Part shown: piece by piece, positions 54,951 through 64,000 of the stretch
Layout of the letters: each line of letters starts with the position of its first letter
Position numbering within the stretch: position 1 is the first letter of the stretch
NCBI RefSeq assembly: GCF_009914755.1
Contig: NC_060934.1
Reading direction: 5' to 3' (one strand)
Origin: the human T2T-CHM13v2.0 reference genome, Homo sapiens
DNA: 64,000 nt
The notes under the pieces: model-generated
Databases searched by the model: none
What the model was told of the DNA's origin: nothing
The model's input: the letters and a program-made list of their open reading frames with translations, nothing else
Translations under genes and position numbers: made by a program

Positions 54951-56744
54951 TCTTTATATCAACATGTTCAATGTTTGCCCATTGGTATAGCTCGATAATT
55001 ACATTAAGTGTTGTCACTTCCACATTATAGTGAACTGCATGGTAGCAGAAACATCTTTTTTTTCTTTTTTGGCCCTTCATTATTTTATCTCTATCTAGTG
55101 CCTAGCACTGTACCTGGATTACAATTAGAAAGTTTCGTAAATCATTGTCATGAATTTATTTTCAGTAAACAATTGTCTACAAAATCTCTAAAAACAATTT
55201 GATAAATATGGAGATTATAGAAAGAGAAACAAAAAGAAAAAAATTATGGAATAATAAAAAAAGATGTAACAGAGACAATGTTATTTAAAGATAAAATGAA
55301 TAAAACATAAAAGTAAGTAAACACAGTTTCAGTAATATACAAGAGAAGGGCTCCTGACATGTTCCAGTTTCAGCAATGCCTACCACTAAGTACTTGTTAT
55401 GTCTCAGTAACTAAGAATTTATTGATGTAGCAGTGCTTTCACTGATATATCAAAACAGTAGGAGACTTGCTCAGAACTTTTGGAAATGCATCTTAAATAA
55501 TATTTTATTCATTTAGCAAATAGGTTCTTATTAAAAATATCCTTTTATGAGATAGCCATATTCTGTAAAGAACAGCAGGAATGTAGAGAAAAAGATACAG
55601 CCAAAAAGACAGAATATGTTTGAATAGCTGCCAGAAAGTGTCACAGTCAAGAATTATCTCTGCTGTCTAAAAGGTGTGTAGAAAACACTTTCCAGAAGAA
55701 AAAAGGAAAACCTCCCAATAAAGAACTATTATTAAGAAAAGGTTTGTTTATACGGACATGATCACTTGAAAGCATCAATTTGAGTCTCTGTATCTATACT
55801 TCACTAAAATGTGGAGTAATATACTATGTGTCATCTATCTTAGACATGGCATTGTAAATATTTTATGGCTTAAAATTGTATGATGATTGCATGCATATGG
55901 GTTAGTATACATCTTAATAATACTTTACTGCAGCAAAATGAAAGTGTTTTCTTTAGCCAATTCTATCTCTTATATAGGACCAAGACTAAATCTGCCTCAT
56001 GACACTAGAAAAGCCTGAGTCTTTCTTGGTCCCAAGGTCTCCAAATGTCATAAAAAACACAAAAGTTCTCAGCTCATGGCACAAATTAGTTTTTGTATTA
56101 AATAATACCACTATTCAGTATTTTAAATAGATAAGCAAATTGTGAAAGAGTTGGACTCAAATAATCACATTCAACAAACATGTTTGTTCTTTACTCCCTA
56201 ATAGGCTCTCTAGTTCCCAACCACACTTAATACTTTAAAAAGTCATTGTGGTCTATTAGCCTTATGGTAAAGGAGATGCAACTGCAGTAGGTGATATGGG
56301 AAGGGGCATGTTGAGGATTCAGTTGGGAAGATTAGAGAAGGCCACATGACTGATGGCCCTGAAAGTCATGATAAAGATTTGCCCTTTATTCTGTGTTCCA
56401 AAGAGAAACTACCAGACATACTGGAATATAAAGTCTTCCTTATCCCCTGACACCAAAGTTAAAGTGAACACTAGTCTAGGAGGAAGCCGAGAGTGAGATA
56501 AAATCCAGGCGGTTTCAAAGCCCTCTTCCCTGCATCTCTCAGTCTGTAACAACCAATTTCAGTTGTTCCCCATAGGAGAGCAGAATCAATAACTGTGTTT
56601 AAGTGAAGACCGCCATACATATGTATTTGGGGCTGTGTGATAAAAACCACATTATTCTTAGAAATGAAGCTGTGTGAGGAAAGGACATGTTTTCTCTGGT
56701 CCCTGGCTCCTCATACTATCGTTGACATATGACAAGAAAAACAT

Positions 56745-56945
56745 GGAGATTAAGACTGGGCTTTGGAATCAAAACCTCCTTGGTTTCCTTCCCAGCTCTC
56801 TACTTACTATGTGTTCTTAACTTCTCTGTGTCTCCGATTCTTTATGTTTACAAGAGGATTTTGTAAAGTTGCCCATGAGATTCGAGATTATCCATGCAAT
56901 GTGCTTTGCCACTTAACTCCAATCTCTGTGCATAATAAATTCTCA
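56745..56945 (+). mobile_element. MIR
   Basis: GGGCTTTGGAATCA ... CCCAGCTCTCTACTTACTA ... CTTAACTTCTCTGTG. Confidence 0.7.
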
Positions 56946-58134
56946 ACTCTTATTTTAAATGTACAGTTGTTGATTAACATCTCAATATTAATAGTTTCCA
57001 TTGATCCTTTCAGAGTGGCAATCAAATATGTTCTCAAAAATTGACAAGTTCTGTGTAGAGAGCATATAGCTGTGGGGCTAATGATGAATTCCCATAAGAC
57101 AGAAACTTTCTTTGCTCACATGAAGTGACCTTGGACTGTTAGTGACAAGATAGGGCTCTTTGAGTTTGATGACCTACAGGAAGCCTGCTCTTCCAGGCAG
57201 GAGTGTCAGTACTCATTTCTCACACATTTTATGAAGTGCATCTGGTATGTGGCAGTTATGATCTAATTGTTATTTTCAGCTTAATAATTAAAAATCTGCA
57301 GGGATCAAAATACCAGGTTACATTCATTTGAAGACAGCCACCTTAGGAGAGATTATAGCAGACTCTCTCCTTGAAATGATTCCTCATTTTGCCCAAATGG
57401 TCAGTACAGTATTTTTGACCACAGCTACTCTAAGCAGCTGAGGATAATGTTGACATGTGGCCTTCACTGTGTCATAACATTTTTGGAGTATCCTAAAAAT
57501 ACAGGGCTGAACCACGAAGCAGCTTCTCAATGTGGAGATAGGAGAGCACATCGAAGACAAAGCATATCAAAGTCCGGTAATCTAGACAGACAAGGCCAGT
57601 TAACTGCCACAGTTAAAATCCAAAACATGGGAACATTGTTAAAATGGGATGTTTGGTACAAAAAGGATAGTCAGAGTTTGTGTAACTCTTGGAGAAAAAT
57701 AACAAATTTTGTTTTCTCATAATTTACTCAAAGATTTATATTACTTTACACTCTCCACAGGCTATGTAAATGCATGTATCATAGTTGGAATAACACCTTA
57801 GTTAAAATTCAGTTCAATTGTTTTCTTTGTTCCCTTTTCCCTACCACTAAAAAAGAATCCAATGCACTTGAAGAACCTCTATTTATGGACATTCACTTGT
57901 CACCTGCAACTCAAAAGGAAATGACTTTTGCAAATACTAAGTCAGAGTGTATTATAACTGGGCCAAATGTCTATGGATACCATTTCCCTGCTGCATTAAA
58001 AGAAAAGCACACTGCTCTTCACCTAAGGGCCTGAACATGTTATTCCCCCTATGCAGATCTGCCGGGTTTTCATGTTTTCGCTCAAGTCCCACCTATTCCA
58101 TTTAAACTTCTGCAACAGTCCTTGTTCATACAGA

Positions 58135-58497
58135 TCTACAATTCCATTCCATGCCTGAAGGTCAGAGAACCAAGAGACCCAATAGTGTAAGTCCTGGCTT
58201 GAATCCAAAGGACCAAGAACCAGGAGCACCAATATCCAAGGGCAGGAGAAGATGGATGTCCCAGCTCAAGCAGAGAGAACCAATTTTCCCTTTCTTCACC
58301 TTTCTGTTTTATCTGAGCCCTCAATATTGAATGATTCCCACCTACATCGGTGAGGGTGATCTTCTTTACTCAGTGTACCAAAACAAATGCTAATCTTTTC
58401 TATAAACACCTTTATAGACACACCCAGAAGTAAAGTTTTACCAGATATCTGGACATCGCTTAGATCAGTTAGGTTGACACAAAAAATTAACCCTCAC
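58135..58497 (-). mobile_element. MLT2 LTR fragment
   Basis: GGGCAGGAGAAGATGGATGTCCCAGCTCAAG ... GTTGACACAAAAAATTAACC; related to 22914-23481. Confidence 0.85.
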
Positions 58498-59799
58498 TCC
58501 TGGAACAACCACATTGGTTCCACATTAGGAACCAACAAATTGAGGATGTCAGAATCATCCTACTATTGCTGACCTGCTAAGCCTCCAATTATTGTGGATG
58601 AAATATAGCCTATTTCATTTAAGGCAATATGTTGGTAGACTAGACTCGACTCTATACTAATACTTAACTTATTTCATAAAAAAGTTATTCAACATGCTCT
58701 ACATATTATTCAGTTTTTGATGCTTTTTTCCTATTCCTTGGTCCCCAAACTCTCACTTGCTGTTATCCTTAATCCTTAGTTCACCCTACATATAAAAATG
58801 TTAACTTATTATTTGTTGGTGGCCAACATCAAAATGTCTCTATAACTTTGTTATGCTCTTCCTACATTCTGCAATGTCATACTCTTGTTTTTCTCTTTAA
58901 TTACTGTCCTTCTTTTAATGACAACTTTAAGTGTACATCTTCCAAGAAGTCTACCATATCATTGCAAGAGAATGAATGCATTTTCTTGACCTCTTTCTGT
59001 GTCTGTAATAATCTTTATATCTATGTCAACTTTTGTTGCTCTGCTGTATCCAATTTCTTTATCTATCAGTGTGCGGGAGTCTGAAACTAATGACTCTGAT
59101 TCAATATGGTGATACCTACAACCTAAATCAAGGTTGTTTGAATCGTCTTTGGTTGTTTTATGTCTAGAAGCCTGATTGCCTTCAAATTATAAGGATCCAA
59201 AAGGAAATGCATACTTTATAATAATCTTGAAATCTCCTAAGTGTTTACTTCTCTGTTTCTCCTATTATTCTTGTTGAATTGAATTGGAATAGCATTCACT
59301 ACACAAAGAATGATTCGTTTCATTACATTAAGCAACACATGCTTTGTGCAGACAGATTGAATTATAGGAATAAAAAAGATATATAATTATACCTCCAGAA
59401 AGTTTTGAAAACAAAATAAGTGACATAAATACGCATACTCTAGTGTTGGCACACAATAGGTACTCAATAAATACTTGATTATCTTCCTTTTCATGAGGGA
59501 ATTGAAGTGAAAACTTGAAGAAGTTTTAAATTGTCATTGTTTTGTTCCAGCTCATAATAATCCAGCTGCATTCCTGATCTAGTAATGATTACTCATGAAT
59601 CTGACCCAAAAAGTTTAAGGAAGGCATCATTGTTATCAGCAATAAACATAATAAATTAGAAGATCCTCTAAGTAACCATCTAATTATATAAGTATTTTCT
59701 TTCAGATTGGGAGGTCACCTGATTAAATTTGGGTACATTTTAAAAGACGGAGAACATTTTCCAAGTTAATATACTACTATCAAATATAATACCCTAAGA

Positions 59800-60087
59800 A
59801 AGCAAATGTTTCCATTTGAACCCAAAGCCTATGTTCCAGTCTAAAGCCAATGAGACAGGAAGAATTCACATTACTCAGAGGAGGGTAAGCCTTTTGTTCT
59901 ATTCAGGCCTTTTGACTGATTGTATGAGGCTCACCCACATTAAAGGTGGGCAATATGATTACTCTGCCCATGAATTTAATGTTAATTTCACTTCAATACA
60001 GCCTCACAAAAATATCCAGAATAATGTTTGACCAAATACCTGACCACCCTATAGCCCAGCCAAGTTGACACATAAAATTAACCATCA
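59800..60087 (-). mobile_element. MLT2 (B/C-like) LTR fragment
   Basis: TTGTTCTATTCAGGCC ... CCAAGTTGACACATAAAATTAACCATCA. Confidence 0.8.
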
Positions 60088-60878
60088 AAATCACCACTAC
60101 CACCACCATCATCATTATCATCAAAATAATAAAAATACTATTAGAATATACATTCTGAGACACACTGTTATTGGAAACGGCTGTAATTTGTTTATTGATT
60201 TAATGACAAGAGAAGACTTACTTACTAGTGTTACATTTACAAGCACATAGTATCTTTTCTCAGAAGGATTCTGCAGTGTGGGGCTTAAATATCAAAGTGT
60301 TGTATAAATGTCGCCTGGTTTGTTTACAGATATGGGGCTTAGGAAACTTCAATGCATATTATGGCCACTCCATTTCTTACAAAAAATGTCAAAACAAGAA
60401 GAATGGAGAAGACTTGCTTTCTTGTTTTTTTTGTTTTTTGTTTTCTAAAATGTAAGTCAACTTGCAGTTTTATTTTATTACTCCATCCTATTTCATATAT
60501 TTGACTACTTACTCCTCTACAAAAGTCATATTGATTTAATTTGGCAGAAGACAAACTTCCTAGCCCCGACTCCCTTTGTTCTGCTTTTAAATGTAACAGG
60601 AGACCAAATTAAACAAAATGTCATTTCCCATGCATTTATTTCCTTTTTGTAATAAAATGAATAGTGAGGGTCAATTATGTGTCGACCCTTGTTCTGATGC
60701 TGACACTGTAATAATAAACAAGACAGACATGAAATTTCTGTCCTTATAGACCCTACATTACAATCAAGTAGAAGTTTCATAACAGCATTATTGTGACAAC
60801 ATGCCCACCCCAATTTTGAGTTTCTCATGGGTATGTGGTTCCCAACCACTTCCTAATGTTCAATTCCAGCACCACATA

Positions 60879-61268
60879 CCTATTAGTCTGCTCCAACTGC
60901 CATTACAAAATTCCATAGATGAGGGGGATTAGACAACAGAAAGATATTTCTCACAGTTCTGGAGACTGGGAATACAAAATCTAGCTGCTGGCAAGATAGG
61001 TTGATTCTAAGGACTCTTTTTTCACCTGGAAGGCACCTGCTGTCTCACTGTGGGCTCACATGACCTCTTCTCCTTGTGCCACATGAGGAGTAAGAGAAAG
61101 ACAGCAAGCTCCTTATGGTCTGTTCTTATAAGGGCATTAATCCCATTATGAGGTCCCTACCCTAATCCTAATTACCTCCCAATGGCACCATATCAAAAAA
61201 CCATCAAATTGGGAATTAGTGCTTCAACATATACATTTTAGGGGAAAGCAAACATTCAGTCCATAGCA
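60879..61268 (-). mobile_element. MLT1A/MST-type LTR
   Basis: TATTAGTCTGCT ... CTCACAGTTCTGGAGACTGGGAA ... AACATTCAGTCCATAGCA. Confidence 0.85.
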
Positions 61269-62760
61269 ACTTATTTCATGAAATATTTCCTGATGCCTGT
61301 GGAAATAAATTAGAGTCTCCCTGCAAAACACCTCTCTATGTCCATAGCTAATTTCTCCCAAAGAGATTGTAAATTTTTGTAGGTTTTTGTAGGATTATAA
61401 TGAATTATTTTTTCTGACACACTAAAAACCCCAGCAGGGACTCACATGTATTAGATATTCAATAAATATTTACTGAATGAAAGATTTTTTAAAAATCTCT
61501 CAGCAGGACCAGCCTTAGATGATTAAGAATTCTCTCTTCTATCCAGACTCATCACACATTTCACCACATTGGCATCAGCCTCATAGTTTCCCAAAAGAAT
61601 CAGGATGTCATGATCTCTATTTGGACTGCATTATTTGTATTGTCTTTTGGGCTCTTAAATATATGCTGGCTTCTTCCCCGTCTGCTGTCTAATATCTCGA
61701 ACTAAAAATCTTAGTCCTAAACTGACCCTTAAAACCGTCTTTCTCAGTAGTTCTGAAACCTGGATATCTAAGAACAGTCATCATATTCCAGAGATTCTAA
61801 TTCAATTATTTTGCTGAAACTTCAACCTCACTTTATTGAATTTATACAGCCAGGTTTAGGTATCAGAAATCTTAAACAACTTTCCTGTATTATACATATA
61901 AGAAAATGCATTATCTATTACAGTGAAGAAACACAAGGTCAGAGATATCAAGTAACTTGTGAGGTGGAGGCTGGTTGGGGGATCACTCAGCTCATCTATT
62001 CATTAAACCAAGTCTCCTGGTCTATATTGCCTTTTGATAAATTCATGCACTCTTTCTTTTCATGTTATCAAGTAATGAAATCCTCAGTCAATACTCTCTG
62101 ATGGCCTCACCACATACATATTCACTATCTCTCAAGAGAAGAAACACACGGTTTTCTGAACTTGCTGCAAATTTCATTAAATGCATCAAACACTCTTTGA
62201 TTTGAGGAACAGCAAATATTACCATGACAGAACTTAATGCCATTTTACAGTACAGAAGCACCCACTAGTCCAGATTCTAAACAAGCTGGTCATAATCCGG
62301 ACCTCAGAATAACCACATGGAACATCTCCACAAGGACAAACGTGTTGGATTTCCTTTCTCTCAGGATGGCTGCATGTTAAATAATATAATCCATATAAAA
62401 CCCTAAGTATAATGCTCATGAGTTTTTTTAAGGTTGTTCAATTAATAGTAACAATAACTATTATTGCAAGATACTTTCACTTTTTCTATGACAATGACCA
62501 GTGATGCCTGTCTCCTGATGGGAAGCAAAGTAAATGCACAATGCCCATGTGGGGACAAAAAACACTTTCGCTTCAAGGTTCTGAGACACTGTACTAGGGA
62601 CTTTAAATTTCATTTAACTTTCACATTAAATTAATGTACTATGCTTTATTTTCTTTAGTTTATAGACGAAAACACATCAGCTCAGAGAGGTTAAGTACCA
62701 TACTCAATACAATATTGTTACAATATTTTCTGGACAGTGTCAGATTAAGTGCATGGGCAT

Positions 62761-64000
62761 TGATAGGTTGGCTGTGTCTGCACCCAAATCTCATCTTGAG
62801 TTGTAGTTCCCATAATCCCCACATGTCTTGGGAAAGACTGAGGGGAAAGTAATTGAATCACAAGGGTGGTTACCCTCATGCTACCATTCTCATGATAGTG
62901 AGTAAGTTCTCACGAGACCTGATGGTTTCATAAGGGGCTTTCCCCCTATTGCTCGGCAGTTCTTCTTGCTGATAAGTAATGAGGAGCCAAATGCTAACTG
63001 CCAAGACAATGGGGAAAATGTCTCTAGGGAGTCAGAGACCTTTTCAGCAGCCTCTCCCATCACAGGCCCAGTGGCCTAGAAGAGAAAAATGGTTTCCTAG
63101 GTGGGGTCAAGGGCCCCTTTGTTGTGTGCAGCCTCGGGCTTGGTGCTCTACATCCCAGCGGCTCCAACCATAGCTAAAAGGAGCCAAGGTACAGCTCGGG
63201 ACGTGGCTTCAGAGGGTGCAAGCCCCAGACTTGGCAGCTTCCACATGGTCTTGAGCCTGCAGGTACAGAGAAGTCAAAAATTGAAGTTTGGGAACCTCCA
63301 CCTAGATTTCAGAGAATGTATGGAAAGGCCTAGATGTCCAGGCAGAAGTTTGCTGCAGGGACAGGGCCCTCATGGAGGAACCTCTGCTAAGGCAGTGCAG
63401 AAGGGTAATGTGGGGTTGGAGTCCCCACAGAGAGTCTCTGCTGGGGCACTGCCCAGTGGAGTTGTGAGAAGTGGGCCACCACCCTCCAGAACCCAGAATG
63501 GTAGATCCACCAACAGCTTGCACTGTGTACCTGCAATAGCCGCAGACACTCAAAGCCAGCCCCTGAAAGCAGCCAGGAGGGGGTGCTGTATTATGCAAAG
63601 CCACAGCTGTGGAGCTTCCCAAGGCCATGTTAGCCCACTTCTTTCATCAGCATGACCTGGATGTGGGACATGGAGTCAAATGAAAACATTTTGGAGCTTT
63701 AAAATTTGACTGCCCTGCTGGATTTTGGAATTGTATGGGGCCTGTAACCCCTTTGTTTTGGCCAATTTCTCCCATGTGGAATGGCTGTATTTACCCAATG
63801 CCAGTATCCCCACTGTATCTAGGAAGTAACTAAATTGCTTTTGATTTTACAGGCTCATAGGCAGAAGGGACTTGCCTTGTTTCTGATGAGATTTTTGACT
63901 TGGACTTTTGGGTTAATTCTGGAATGGGTTAAGTCTTTGGGGGAATGTTGGGAAGGGATGATTGTGTTTTGAAATGTGAGGACATGAGATTTTGGAGAGG
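62761..64000 (+). mobile_element. THE1(D-like) provirus with a partial 5' LTR (62761 to about 62971) fused to internal sequence; runs off the window
   Basis: TGATAGGTTGGCTGTGTC LTR start; internal region is the reverse-complement homologue of about 52985-54020. Confidence 0.92.

Noticed and set aside
60065-60250. His-rich ORF (also the HT-repeat ORF at 18964-19272 and the poly-K ORF at 1631-1816)
   Set aside because: These are translations of simple repeats.
53319-63655. Similar 178-aa (-) and 184-aa (+) ORFs suggesting a duplicated gene
   Set aside because: Both are THE1 internal sequence; the similarity reflects shared repeat ancestry.

Overview
This window is primate (very likely human) non-coding genomic DNA. 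It is AT-rich, CpG-depleted and dominated by interspersed repeats: Alu, L1, MIR/L2, ERVL and MaLR LTR elements, and Tigger/MER DNA transposons. I find no supportable host protein-coding exon, RNA gene or CRISPR array. The longer ORFs are L1 ORF2 remnants, HERV-L pol remnants, MaLR internal sequence or GC-rich artefacts. The main structures are: (1) one isolated CpG island at about 48.62-49.42 kb that looks like a promoter for a transcript I cannot identify; (2) a two-LTR HERV-L/MLT2A provirus with a perfect target-site duplication (TSD) and a large internal deletion; (3) a near-complete THE1D provirus inside a MER58, plus a second, inverted and deleted THE1 copy; (4) five THE1 LTRs that each retain an exact DUX4-type motif; (5) nested insertions such as MIR > Tigger2 > L1PA; and (6) several small repair or template-switch scars. 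I cannot support a claim of a new biological system. Repeat subfamily names come from recalled consensus sequences and should be confirmed with RepeatMasker/Dfam.
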